A DNA stretch of 64,000 bases from the NCBI RefSeq assembly GCF_009914755.1, contig NC_060936.1; one strand, written 5' to 3'. The notes below the pieces were generated by a model. It was not told the DNA's origin, searched no databases, and saw nothing but the letters and a program-made list of their open reading frames with translations. The number at the start of each line of letters is the position of its first letter. The first letter of the stretch is position 1. The translations under genes and the position numbers were made by a program. Source of the stretch: the human T2T-CHM13v2.0 reference genome, Homo sapiens. Below are positions 14,336 to 27,540 of this stretch, in pieces.

Positions 14336-15590
14336 GTTCTCCATATGCTATAAATACTGAGTGTTTACTGACTGAATATGCACGTGTAGATTATACTCTC
14401 CCTGATTTATCATTCTAGGCTACTTCCTAGCTATGTTTTCATTCATTTTTCTCTTATATGTACATAATGGAAAGTGGTTATTTTTAATCAGAAGAAACGA
14501 GGTGGCCTAGAAAAATATCACATTTCTAAGTCAGGTAATTCTTTCTTCCAAGATTATCAGCAGGGAGAGCCTCTCCACACTCTCCCCTTCCTTCCCTCCC
14601 ACCCTACTGGCTAGGTTTAAATGTTCTTTCTCAACACATGATCTTTTGGGAGCTTACTTCTGAATTTTTTTTTTAAAGAGATGACTGAGACTGCCCATAA
14701 GAAACTAACCAAGTGTCCGGGGTAAAACTGTGATATCACAAAGGAGAAAAATGTTTTACTTAAGGTTAAAAAAAAAAAACACAAAAAAGCAGGGCTGTAA
14801 CTATGCCCTCTCCAGCAGAGCAATATACATACATCCAATGAAAACTAATGCTGCCAATAGTGGAGAAAGCCCTGAAGGAGATTTGGGAGCCATGGGTGAT
14901 GTCCCTGCCTTCGATATTGACTTGTTCAATGGCTGTGATAATTCATGAGCGCTCTCTCTCTCCCCTCACCCCTGCCCTTGGTTTCCTCATCCATAAAAGA
15001 TACATAAAAATATTAGAAACAATTGGTCATAGGTCCAGTTTCTGCTACCACAAAATGACCCATTAATTCTGTCCATAAAATTGGTCAGACTGGTTTCAGG
15101 GATAATTGTTACATTTTTGGACTCACTGATTTGGCATCTTGCACATACATAGTCAGGCGCATGTTGAGAATCTTTGCCGGAGATGAGGTTATACAATGGA
15201 TTTTGGCTCCCTGCATGAAGAAACAAGCTTCAGGGCATGCGATTTGATGATCTAAGGTCTCCACTAAGGCAATCGGCACTCAGAAGACAAACATGACTCA
15301 TTGTGTGTGGGAACTCATTCCACTGTTCACAAACTTCGGTTTGAGGGTTGGGAAGGTCTGGAAAAGATTCTAGTGTAAAGCCTAATTCAGAAGGGTACAG
15401 ATTGTTTTCTTTGTAAAGTGACACATGTCAGTATTGTGAAACAGTGGAAACTGGAAGGAAAATAAAATATTGTGTCGACTGTCACAGAGTCATCCTGCTG
15501 CCCCGGCTACAGACATCTCTTGCTTTCTACTCCTGTGCTTCACTATTACAATGAAGCCACTGTCCTCAGATAGTTCCGGCTGCTTCACCA

Positions 15591-16127
15591 TATTAGTTAT
15601 CTATTGCTAGGAAAGAAGCCACCCCAAAAGTCTGTGATTTAAAGCCACAACATTTTATTATTTGTTCATGAAATCTGTAATCTTGGTGGAGCTCAGCAGC
15701 AATGCTGCTGCTGGTCTTGCGTGGAATCACTCATGCAGGTGGCATTATCTAGAGTCTCAACTAGGCTAACTCTCAAATAATACAGAATGACTTCATTCCC
15801 ATGCATGTCACCACAGCTGGGATGGCTGAAACAGCTGGGGCTGGTCCGGCGTCTCTCCCTCCCTCTCTCTCACTCTCTCTCAGTGGTTTCTCCAGCAGTG
15901 CAGCCGACTACCATTACCTGGGGACCCCGGGCTCCCAAGAGTACAAAAGCAGAAACTGCCAGGTTTTCTTAAGGTTCATGTCTCAAACAGCCACAGTGTC
16001 ACTTCTGCAGCATTCTGTTGGTTACAGCAAGTCATAGGCCAACCCAGATTCAAGGAGAGGGGAAACAGATCCCATATCATTATGTAAAGAGTGGCAAAGA
16101 ATTTCCAGACACCTTTAATCTACCACA
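15591..16127 (-). mobile_element. MLT1H-like MaLR LTR
   Basis: tattagttatctattgct...ggccaacccagattcaaggagagggg...tttaatctaccaca. Confidence 0.85.
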
Positions 16128-16555
16128 ACCACAATTACATGGTCAGGTCTTGTGGGGTAAAGGAGCATCTAGTGACTTGCCCAAACTTCTCCCCTGCCAC
16201 AGACTTCCCCTTGTTCCTCCTTGGATGCTCCCCTCTTACAATGCAGCCTTCACTCCAGGGCTCTGGGCCTGTTGCTTTTACTTTTCTGTCACTACCAGCC
16301 AACTTCTCTCTACTGACTTTCTCTCCACCTCATAGTTTTTGATTATTCACAGGCTCTGCTGCTCCATGGCATTATTGTCATATGGCTTCTACTGCTATAA
16401 AAATTAGTAGTGTACAGAAAAGGTTAACAAAGTAGGCCAGAGACTGCTAGCCTTAGGAAGACCTGCTTGCAAGGTTGATCCTTGACTGGCATCTAGCAAC
16501 TTGGATTTTGAGGGGTGTATTAGTTAGGGTTCCCCAGAGAAACAAAACCAATAGG

Positions 16556-16830
16556 ATATGTATATGTGTATATACATATACATATACAAATATATGTGCA
16601 TATTTGTATACACATATACATATACTCACATATATGTATATATATGTGTACACAAATATACAAATGTATATATGTGTATATGTGTGTATTCAAATATACA
16701 AATGTATATTTATATACATTTGTAAATATATGTGTATATTTGTGTATATATATGTGTATACACATACACACATATATGTATATACACATATACACATATA
16801 TGTGTATATACATATACAAAAGAGAGAGAG
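16556..16830. repeat. Complex (TA/CA/TG)n microsatellite within MLT2
   Basis: Direct reading. Confidence 0.9.
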
Positions 16831-16957
16831 ACTTATTATAAGGATTTGGCTCACATGATTATAAGCCAATGATGATAAGTCCAAAATACACAGGGTGGGC
16901 TGACAGGCTTGAGATCCAGAAGAGTAGATAGTGCATTTCCAGTGTAAAGGCTGGGGT

Positions 16958-17410
<453 letters not shown>

Positions 17411-18374
17411 TCACATATTGGAGGGCAGTCTCCTTATTCAAAATTCACTGATTTAAATGTTAATCTCATCCCAAACCCCCCTCCAAGTGAATACATAAAA
17501 TTAACCATCACAGGAGGGTTTTCATTATCCCCAGAAGTGATAAGAGGGCTCACTGTGCTTAAACTGTTTGTACAAGCAATGTGGTTCATGCTGGACACCT
17601 GCTTTCATGATTCCCAAAAGGAATAAGGAAAGGAATCCCCAGTCTGGAATTTTATTACATGCTAGGCAGAGAGTGCCTGTGTAATCAGCCCCCAGTAAAA
17701 GCACTGGGCACTGAATCTCTAATGAGCTTCCCTGGTGAACAACATTTCATACCTGTTGTCAGAACTTGTTGCTGCAGGAATTTATCGCATCCTGTGTGAC
17801 TCCGATGGGAGAGGACTCTTGGAAGCTTATGTCTCGTTTCATCCAGATTTTGCCCCATGCACCTTTTCCTTTTGCTGATTTTGCTTTGTATCCTTTTGCT
17901 ATAATAACTCTTAGCCCTGACTAGGACTCTGTGCTGAGTTCTGTAAGTCTTCCTCGCTAATTATTGACCCTGGGGATGGTCTTGGCAGTCCCCAATACAA
18001 GTAGGAAATGGGAAAATTATGTCACTAGCACAGGTCTATTCTCAATTGTTAATACAATTGAAACAAAGATGGAGATTATTTCATAATAATTAGAAGTCTT
18101 ATCTGAAGGTAAGGGACTATCTATATGAGTGTAGCACTCTGCTATACACCACAGAATATTCAAAGGGTATATTAGGAACACAAATGAGTGGCCAAAGCCT
18201 TCTAGAGGGGGAGGGTTATTTGAATGAGTTGGAAAAAGGGAAAAAGGAGGTGGTGGAGCCCAGTGTTTGAGAGTTTGGACTCTGGAGACATGGCTGAGTC
18301 CTGAATAGCTGCACTGGCTACTTCCAAGTTGTTAATCAACACGAACTTAAAGCTCCAAAAGTATAACGTGGCTT

Positions 18375-18520
18375 AATAAAAATAATGACTAATACTTATC
18401 AAATGTGTATCACATCCTAGGAACTTTGTGTATTTACTCACTTAACCCTCATAACAATCTTATTAGGTGAGTATTATTTTAATCTCTATTTTGCAAATTC
18501 AGAAACTGAGGTCAGGAAAA
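18375..18520 (-). mobile_element. MIR
   Basis: ttaaccctcataacaatc...aggtgagtattatt...attttgcaaattcagaaactgagg. Confidence 0.75.
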
Positions 18521-18927
18521 AAGGTCCTGCAAATACTCACAACAGAAGAGTTTTGAGACGCTTAGCTGAGTCAATACATGTAATGCCCTTGGGAAATGTC
18601 TAGAGCATTAGAAGCATTCAACAAATATTAACTATGATCTTTTAAAACAGGAGGGGGAAGAGAGGAAAAAAAGGAGAGGAAAGAGAGAAGTTGGGACCAA
18701 GGGTCACTATATGAGCAAAGCAGAGGAATGGACCGTAGCAAAGTACGCTTCATGAGTAATGAGTGGAACGATGGGCAACAAGCAGTGAGTGAATCCTCCT
18801 GGGTGCCAGGTATTGGGCTAGGAACTTCAGCCCTGGGCAGCCAAGGAAGCATGCTGGATTGAAGAGTAGTAGGAAACAGGGAATGATTTAGAGGCAGCTG
18901 AATGTCATTTCAGCCCTTATCATCTAG

Positions 18928-19156
18928 GGCTGTGATTCTCAAATTGACACAACAGTGTCTTAGAAGCCATAGTACTATTTGCAGGCAATATGAAATAAAC
19001 ATATATACTCACATTAGCTTGTGGTCAGGATAAGTAGTTCAAGAAAAAAAAGGGAGAGATGTTTAAAATAGAACATAATTTAAAGAAATAAACTTTTTTA
19101 TGTAAATCAGTGACACATCACTATTATTTGATTTTTAGTAGCTTGAGAACTACTGT
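18928..19156. mobile_element. Small hAT-Charlie-type element
   Basis: TIR-like ends ctgtgattctcaa ... ttgagaactactg. Confidence 0.45.
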
Positions 19157-19561
19157 ATTAGGTAGTGGAGAAAGATGAATGGTTGGGAAGACAAATCTGG
19201 CTTAAGGCATAGAGTTAGGATGGAAGTTGGGGAAAGAAAAATGGCTAGCAAGCTGTAGCACTCATTTGAGCATTTACAAAATGCAAGTCAGACTCAAGGT
19301 GAGTTCATGAGTAATGAAAGGAAATAGATGAGTAGAAGATCAATGATGTAGGAAAAATGAATAGTATTTTATAGTATATAAAGGCCCAGGTTCAAATCAC
19401 TTCATTAATTATCAGCTTCTGACTTCTCTGAGGTTGTTTCCTCGTCTACCAATGGAATTGAAAACAAATGGAATTGATAACAAATACTTTAGGGTGGCTG
19501 CTATGAAGATTGGAACAAATGAAAAAGTGAACGTAAACTGACACTTGATATACGGAGGCCA

Positions 19562-19685
19562 GTCTCATGTGATCCTCCTACCTCAGCCTCCTGAGTATGT
19601 GGGACCACAGGCATGCACTCCCACACCTGGCTAATTTTTGTATTTTTTTGGTAGAGATGGGTTTTCACCATGTTGTTCAGGCTGG
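19562..19685 (-). mobile_element. Internal AluJ fragment (no tail)
   Basis: gtgatcctcctacctcagcctcc...ctaatttttgtattt...gtagagatggg...caggctgg. Confidence 0.9.
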
Positions 19686-20176
19686 CATTCTCTTTCTTAA
19701 TGATGCTTGCCTGAATGTAGGAGAATGAGGAGAGAGGAGTCAAAGATGGCTACAAAGATTTGACCCCAGGTGCTTGGGGAAACAGATGATCCCATGGAAA
19801 GCAATAGGAAAGAGGCAAGATTAACCTAGTCCTGAAAGAAGATGGATTAGTTCCACTTTAGGAACACTGAATGAGGCCCAATTTGGCAAGTTTACTGTGC
19901 TGAAAAGAGAGCTTTTAATAAGTAAAGTAAAATTATAATCTTAGAAAAAGTGAACATATATTATTTTTTCCTGTTTGTCACATGTTGAATGCCCTTCATT
20001 GTCCTGTTATCTTTAACTGTAGTATATGGAAAGAATTTTAAAAATAGATTTAAGGGCTCTAAGAAGGGAGTCTTAGAGCCCAGGATAAATTGCACACAAC
20101 TTGTGACATACGGACTACAATGGGGTTTTTATGTGCTAAACTGTGATTATCATATGACTGCTTAGATTTGCAGTGA

Positions 20177-20405
20177 TTTATTTATTTAGTTAGTTAGTTT
20201 ACTTATTTGAAACAGGGTCTCACTTTGTTGCCCAGGCTGGGTAGTGGTGTAATCATGGCTCACTGCAGCCTTGACTTCCTGGGCTCAAGTGATCCTCCCA
20301 CCTCAGCCTCCCCAGTAACTGGGACCACAGGCACACACCACCATGCCTAATTTTTGTATTTTTTGTAGAGACAGGGGTTTTGCCATGTTATCTAAACTTG
20401 TCTCA
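20177..20405 (-). mobile_element. AluJ, 5'-truncated
   Basis: (TTTA/TTAG)n tail then gaaacagggtctcact...ctcaagtgatcctcccacctcagcc. Confidence 0.92.
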
Positions 20406-20529
20406 TGATTATGTGAATTAAAATGTACTACGCATGCATGGAAATAAACTCCTTTGCCCTTCTGCAAATAGATCATTCATGCCCAATTGGGAATACCACT
20501 TCAAATGGTACTACCATTTGGAATCAGGT

Positions 20530-20710
20530 AGTCTCAGCTTTGAATATGAGCCCTGTGTGCAAACTTGAATAAATTTTTTCAAATTCTCTGGGCCTGAATT
20601 TTCTAATATGTAAAAAGAGATAAAAATAAGACCTATTTTACAGGGCTCCTGTGAGAATTAAATGAGATTACATTTGGCACTCACACATAATTGGCTATCA
20701 ATAAACATAG
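20530..20710 (+). mobile_element. MIR
   Basis: ctctgggcctgaattttctaatatgtaaaa...cagggctcctgtgagaattaaatgagat. Confidence 0.75.
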
Positions 20711-21269
20711 AGTTCTCCATCCCTTTGACCCCTCTATAATGGCGTTGAAGCTATTGGCTGCAGAAAAGATGTTACAGATATAATTTGAGAAGTTTTAGAA
20801 CCACATTTATATTCTGGCTTTTGTCTTAGTTAATGCAAGATGATGTACAAAGAAATAATCTAGTTAAGTCTGGACTTGGTGACTAAGTTCAGAATAGAAG
20901 TATTAATAAAAAGCATGCTCTGTTAAGTTTTGGTAAAGCACATACGAGGTTGTACCTGTGAACTCATTCTTTTAAGTTTTGATACTTTATATGTCTTTTT
21001 GTCAATAAGCATAATATTCAAATTTTCTAATTTAGAGACATTTTGCCACTTAAAATACAGAGTTGGAAAATCATGGGTTTGATTTATATATCCTTCGAAA
21101 ATGTCAGCCATGCCTCGCAGCAACATAATAAAAAAATGTTATTGACCTAATGGCAGCCAAGTAACTTACCCTTTTGAAAATTAGCTTCATAAATAGAAAT
21201 TCATAACACACTGGTCTCCCTGACCCTGCAGGTCTCCATGTTCCATGAGCACTACCTGTAGCACCTAGA

Positions 21270-21440
21270 ATTTATCCCTGGTTCTATACCTGGGTTTACT
21301 TATGTAATATCGTCTTTCTCCCTGGAGCATAAGCTCTGTGATGGAAGGAAACGTATATGTCTATTTCACCACTAGTTCCTAGAATCCAGTGCGATGCCTG
21401 GTGCCTCATAGGCTCACAATAAGTGTTTGTGGAAGGATGA
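21270..21440 (+). mobile_element. L2 3' end
   Basis: ataagctctgtgatgg...ttcaccact...tgcctggtgcctcataggctcacaataagtgtttgt. Confidence 0.7.
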
Positions 21441-21642
21441 AGGGAGGTGGAGGGAGAGACCTAATACAGTACTTGGAAATGCAGTCAGCACTTTAAAAAA
21501 GCTTGTTTAATGGATGGAGTAAGTCACATTTCCTGTTTTTCTCTTAGTCATATACTTTGTAGGACGGAACGAATATATCTTAGGCCACAAAGAAAAGTCT
21601 CAAAGTAAATGCATGAATACTAATGAAAACTATATTTATATT

Positions 21643-21855
21643 ATAATACTAACATTCATTGAGTGCTTACTATGTACCAAGTACTATGTTAAGCCCTTTA
21701 TATGCATTAATTCATTTAACTATCATAATAACACTATGGGAGAATTTCCGCTGGACACATGAAGAAACTGAGGCTCGATGTAGTTTTCTAAGTTTTTATA
21801 GTATAGCTAATAGTGGGAGTGGGATTTAAATCCAAGCTTGTCTGACTCCACCTCC
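21643..21855 (-). mobile_element. MIR
   Basis: taacattcattgagtgcttactatgt...gaagaaactgaggctc...gggatttaaatccaag...tctgactcca. Confidence 0.85.
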
Positions 21856-22057
21856 ATAAGGATTTGAGAGTACCTTACAGTGGTATCTAAGTTGTCACTC
21901 ACAGCATAAGAACCAGATTAGTAGGGCCTCCTGGGGGCCCACATCTGCTAAGGGAGGCCACACCTGCTTAAGCACATGGGGACAGCCCTCCTGGGCCCAC
22001 ACAGCCCACACATGACAGGTGTCCTTCCAAGTGTCTAGCCACAGCATAGTTCAGAAC

Positions 22058-22436
22058 TGATAAGGGTTAGGCTTTGTGTCCTCACCCAAATCTCATTTAA
22101 AATTTTAATCCCCATAATCCCCATGTGTCAAGGGAGTGACCAAGTGGAGGTAATTGGATCATGGGGGTGGTTTCCCCTATGCTGTTCTCATGATAGTGAG
22201 TGAGTTCTCATGAGATCTGATGGTTTTATAAATGGTTCTTCTTCCTTCGCTTGGCACTTCTCCTTCCTGCCATCTTGTGAAGAAGGTGCCTTGCTTCCCC
22301 TTCACCTGCCACCATGATTGTACATTTCCTGAGACCTCCCAGCCATGCAGAACTGTGAATCAATTAAACCTCTTTCATTTATAAATTACCCATTCTCGGG
22401 CAGTTCTTTATAGCAGTGTGAAAACAGACTAATATA
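22058..22436 (+). mobile_element. THE1 (C/D-like) solo LTR
   Basis: THE1 body with perfect 5-bp TSD AGAAC (22053-22057, 22437-22441). Confidence 0.93.
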
Positions 22437-22571
22437 AGAACCAAAGAGGTATGTGGCAGAAATAAATGGTTAGGCACAATAAAGAAAGTTTGCCTTCAAA
22501 GAAGACCAAAACAAACACAAATCTGGAAAAACAAGCTGGATCCCAAGGGTCAGGAAAGTGCTGGGGGCAAG

Positions 22572-23032
22572 TGTAGCAGGACAAGCCACAGACAAAACCC
22601 CTCAGACACCGAGTTAAAGAAGGAAGCGGTTTATTTGTCCCGGAGCACTGTCAAGATTCCTGTCTCAAGAGCCGAGCTCCCCAAGTGAGCAATTCCTGTC
22701 CCTTTTAAGGGCTCACAACTCTAAGGGGGTCCACTTGAGAGGGTTGTGATCGATTGAGCAAGCAGGAGGTACGTGACTGGGGGCTGCATGCACCAGTAAT
22801 TAGAACAGAACAGAATAGGACACGGATTTTCACAGTGCTTTTCTATACAATGTATGTAATCTATAGATAACATAACCGATTAGGTCAGGGGTCGATCTTT
22901 AACTACAGGGCCCAGGGTGTGGCGCCATGCTATCTGCTTGTGGATTTCATTTCTGCCTTTTAGTTTTTACTTCTCTTTCTTTGGAGGCAGAAATTGGACA
23001 TAAGACAATATGAAGGGTGGTCTCCTCCCTTA
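22572..23032 (-). mobile_element. HERV-E/Harlequin-type solo LTR (LTR2/LTR2B)
   Basis: Minus strand starts TAAGGGAGGAGACCACCCTTCATATTGTCTTATG (LTR2 family start) and ends ...CCTGCTACA; 4-bp TSD CAAG (22568-22571, 23033-23036). Confidence 0.88.
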
Positions 23033-23212
23033 CAAGTGCGTTGCTATAAAAAAGGGCCATGGGAACTCGCTACTGCGGTCTCAGAAAGCTAAGGGAAGGC
23101 ATCTTGGGTCAGAAGATGATTGAGAAAACACATCAAGAAAGGACCTTCTATATAAAGCATGACTCTTTCTTCTTCGCCCCCATCCTAATCCTATCCCTAT
23201 ACCAACATATGC

Positions 23213-23235
23213 TTTCTCTCGCTCTCTCTCTCTCT

Positions 23236-23286
<51 letters not shown>

Positions 23287-23287
23287 C
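23213..23287. repeat. (CT)n-(CA)n compound microsatellite
   Basis: Direct reading. Confidence 0.95.
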
Positions 23288-25276
23288 ACTGCTGCTAACA
23301 TGTTCTTACATGCCTGAGGTTGCTGGCTTTTGCTGTTCATGCAAACATCTTTAGAAAACAAGGTTAAAGTGTCTAGATCTAGGACTGAACTAACAGGGCT
23401 CATGTTTCTGTCTCCATCTTGAGAGCAAGAACATGTACTCCATGTCTTTTTTCTCTCTCTCACAGCACCTATTACTAGATACCATATGCTCTGCACGTAC
23501 TTGGCACTCCATAAATGCTTGCTGAATGGCTGACTTTCCCCGTCTCCCCCATCCTTTCCTTCCCACCCCAACAGCATGACTTTAAAGATCTGCTGCAGAG
23601 CTGTGGGGCGAGGTTTAAGATCCGTTTTGACAAATAACCCTTATGGGTGTTTAAAGCCAAAAGATCGAATATTTAAAGCAGAAATATGAGCTGTGACTTC
23701 ATGGGTGTTCTGTGAAGAGATGCATAAAGCTGTACAAATAGATAGCCTTTCAGACAGGACATAACAGACCCAGCTTTGTGCATTTGCAAATATACAGAGG
23801 AGAAGAGCCCAAACTTCATTTTCAACCCTACATTTCCTTCTGAAATCAGTTTAAATAGGAGAGTGAAGGTAGTTAAATCCTCTATCGTTTTAAAAGGAGA
23901 TCTTACGAATACTTTTGGCTTTAAAAGCTTATGTCACTGATTCATAATGTAAGAGGTGACATTAAAACTATCCTCCACCCTCTCACCACCATCACCACCC
24001 CCAGACAGGAAAATGCAGGCAAAAATGAGACTGGATTCCCTGGGAGTGGTGGGAGCAAATTGATTGCTATTTAAAAAAAAAAAAAGAAAAAAGCGGGGGT
24101 GGTGCTTTTAGACTCCCAGGCATGAGATCTTGGTGCTGGAAAGTGTTAAAGGACTAAAGCAAGGATCTAGAGTCAGCAGTTGGTTGAAGGAACACAGCAG
24201 GATGCAAGCACATGATGGCTCTGGTGGATGACTTCATGAGGGTGTAGAGCGTAGAACAGAAGAGAGAATTAGTCCCAAGAGAGAAGTCAGCATGCTCTGA
24301 GCAGGCCTATTGCTCCATTGGTCGCACTTTCTCTAAAGGATGTCCAGAGTTCCCTGGCTGCTTAGGTTAATACAGCAGAAACAAGAGCACACCCTGCCGC
24401 TTCTCTAGCTCCAGCTCTGACCATCCTGTGTTCTCTTAAAGCAGCTGACTTGAAGAAAAAGTGAATGTCTTGAGCCCTTGGCTCTTACACCTATTCTACG
24501 AGCTAGAAGTGATTTCGGCAAGTGGAATCAGCTTGATACATATCACTTTTGTTTTAAGTACAACTACATTAAATGGAGCTATGTTTGTCCAGTGGCTGAA
24601 GAGGTTACCTGGAGCTAAGGGTTTGTAGAATAGTTGCACTCAAATATATTCAAGTACCTAGCAATAAAAATTAAATTGACCTTAAGAACTCTTGGTTATA
24701 TTACTAATTTGTACATGCCTAAGATCAGAAGTGTGTCCTGTTTCCAATTCATCCTTTGTTTCCATTTCGTGTAGATATAAAACAGATCAGTAACTCTGGA
24801 TTCTATAGAAAACATATTTGTCTAAGGTTATTGACCAGATAACAGAAATTTGGATAAACACACAATGCCTTGGTTTTCTTGATAATGTGTTACGTTTACA
24901 GAGAACCTTCTCATTCTCTTCTCATGTGACTCTCAAAAATCTCTAGAATGGGAATTATTATGACTCGATTTTACAGAGGAGGAAATAATAGAAACTCAGA
25001 GAATTTTATTCAATTGTTCATTTGTGCCACCCTATTCTTTGGGACCCAATTTTGTTCTGGGCAATAGAAATGTAGAGATGAAAAAAAAAATAAGCATGGC
25101 CTGTAGAAGTTCACCATCTATTATGTAGAACACATAGGTAAACAAAACATAGGCATGTGATCAGTATTAGGTTAGGCAGATGGACTAGATACAATGATGG
25201 AAAATGGAAAGAATCACCAAATTTGCCTGGCTGTGAGTGAGTAGTCTTCTCAAAGCTGGAAACCCTAGAGGTAGGA

Positions 25277-25345
25277 TTGTTGTTGTTTTTTTTTTTGAGA
25301 TGGAGTCTCAGTCTGTCGCCCAGGCTGGAGTGCGGTGGCGCAATC
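25277..25345 (-). mobile_element. Severely 5'-truncated Alu (last ~50 nt plus tail)
   Basis: T tail + gagatggagtctcagtctgtcgcccaggctggagtgcggtggcgcaatc; imperfect TSD aggtag(g)at. Confidence 0.85.
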
Positions 25346-25519
25346 AAGGTAGATCTTAATAAGAAAGAATTTGCTAGAAAGACAAAGCATAAGGTGGAGG
25401 AGCAGCAAGAGGTAAGGCACAGAAGCACGGAACTGTGTGATCAGTTCAAGGAATAACAAGCAGTTCAGCATGGTTGTAAAGTAGAGAAGGAAGGAAAATG
25501 AGAGTGTTTGCTTTAGGAA

Positions 25520-25940
25520 TAAGTTCACCTGTGATGATCAAGGAGGTTCTGGGTTGGTGAAATGAAGTCTTCAGGAACTTGGAGTTGTTCGGTCTTGTTT
25601 CAACACACATGGCCTCTATTTCCAAGATCTCTTCATACCTCCAAATGGCTGCTCTAGATTCACTCACCATATCCATATTCAGCGCAGCAGGAAGGGGGAA
25701 GGGAAAAAAAAAGGAAAAAAGACACGCACCAGCTGTCTTTTAAGATTTACAGGAGCTGCTGCAAGACACTTCTGCCTACAGCTCCTTGGCCAGAGCTGGT
25801 CACATCGTCACACCGCCTGCTGAGGACTTTCAATAGACTCTGTTATGATGATCAATGAGCTCAGTTAAAAATGTGTGGTTATATTAATAAAGAAAAATGA
25901 GAGTATGAAATTTGAGGACAACTACAAGTATCTGCCACTG
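25520..25940 (-). mobile_element. Old MLT1-type LTR
   Basis: ccaaatggctgct...cacttctgcctaca...ttggccagagctggtcacat...tctgccac. Confidence 0.65.
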
Positions 25941-25969
25941 AGTGAAAAGAGGAAACTGATCATAAAGGA

Positions 25970-26230
25970 TTACAAAGATCATTGAATTAACTATGAATCA
26001 TTGCTTTGAAGCTCCAACTTTGCCCTCTGGCCAATGGGGAGTCACTGAAGGGTTTTGATGGAGGACTTTGGATGACCACATTTCCATTTATCATTAGGAT
26101 TGATGACAGACTGTAGAGGGTAAGATTGGAGACAGAGAGACCAGTTAGGAGACTGTTATGTTGATCTTGGTGAAAGATGATGGAGGTCTCAACTAAATAG
26201 CAGTAGAGAGATGGGGCAAAGGAAAGAAAA
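25970..26230 (-). mobile_element. L2 fragment
   Basis: caatggggagtcactgaagggtttt...agagaccagttaggagactgtt. Confidence 0.7.
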
Positions 26231-26334
26231 GGCAAAACACCAAGATCGTTACTTACCATGCTAGGTAAGTAGTAAGGGGCAGAATTTGAACCCCAATCTT
26301 TAATGCAAGTCCATGTACCATGAGATTCATGTGT

Positions 26335-27200
26335 TTTTTAAAAAATGTTTTAATTGACAAATAAAAATTGTATATATTATGGTGTACAGCATGATGTCTT
26401 AAAATATGTATACATTGTGTAATATCTAAATCAAGCTAATTAACATATGTGTGACCTCACAAACTTATTTTTTATGGTGAGAACATTTTACTACTACATT
26501 TACATCTACTGTCTTAGCAATTTTCAAGTATACGTTATTATTAACTATTATCACCAAGTTGTACAATAGGTCTCTTGAACTTATTCCTCTTGTCTAACTG
26601 AAATTGTATATCCTTTGACGAACATCTCCCCAATTCCAACTGCCCCCATCCAGCCTCTGGTAACCACCATTCTACTCTTTACTTCTATGAGATCAACTTT
26701 TTTCACATATAAGTGAAATCATGTAGTATTTGTCTTTCTGTTCCTGGCCTATTTCACTTAACATAATGTCCACCAGGTTTACTCATGTTGTGCAAATAAC
26801 AGGATTTTCTTCTTTTTAAAGGCTGAAGAGTGTCCCATTGTGTATATATTCCACACTTACTTTATCCATTTTTTCCACTGAAGGGCACTTAGATGGATTC
26901 CATGCCTTGGCTATTGTGAATAATGCTGCAGTGGACATGGGAGTGCAGATATCTCTTTGACATACTGATTTTATTTTATTTGGATACACACCCAGTAGTG
27001 GGATTGCTGGATCATATGGTAATTCTATTTTTAGTTTTTTGAGGAAACTTCATACTGTTTTTCATAATGGCCATACTAATTAATAGTCTTACCACAAGTG
27101 TGCAAGAGTTCCCCTTCTCTACCTCTTGCCAATACTTATTATCATTCGTCTTTTTGATAATAGTCATTCTAACAGTTGTGTGGAGATGAGACTCATGTTT
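26335..27200 (-). mobile_element. L1MA-type 3' end
   Basis: ttaattgacaaataaaaattgtatat...aatcaagctaattaacata...cccagtagtgggattgctggatcatatggt. Confidence 0.9.
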
Positions 27201-27540
27201 CTTAATCAACATTATAGTAAGCTGGATTTCAAACTACCACAAGCACTTTGCATCTATGTCATGTTGTGGAAATCAGATTTACCATGGTCCAGACCCAGGA
27301 ACTAAAGAGTCCAAAAGCAAGACAACATTTGTGACACGATAACATTTTGAGATATTTTGTATTTTCTCTGCCTGCATTCAAGCAGATAGAAGACCCTGGG
27401 CTCCCTTGTCTTATGGGAGGTCTGAGACAGGACTTCCTGGGTTTTATTCCTAAAAGCCTAAGCACATGCCAGAGGAGAGAGTTTGAAGAGAGAAAGATTT
27501 TATCCAGGCTAGGAAGACAGTTTTCTTTTTCTTTTTCTTT

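Noticed and set aside
16453-16884. Y/I/C/V-rich ORFs (also 41739-42005 and 23059-23577)
   Set aside because: Translations of dinucleotide microsatellites.
20502-20520. caaatggta-c-taccatttg palindrome
   Set aside because: Single short inverted repeat with no supporting context; too short for a miRNA hairpin.
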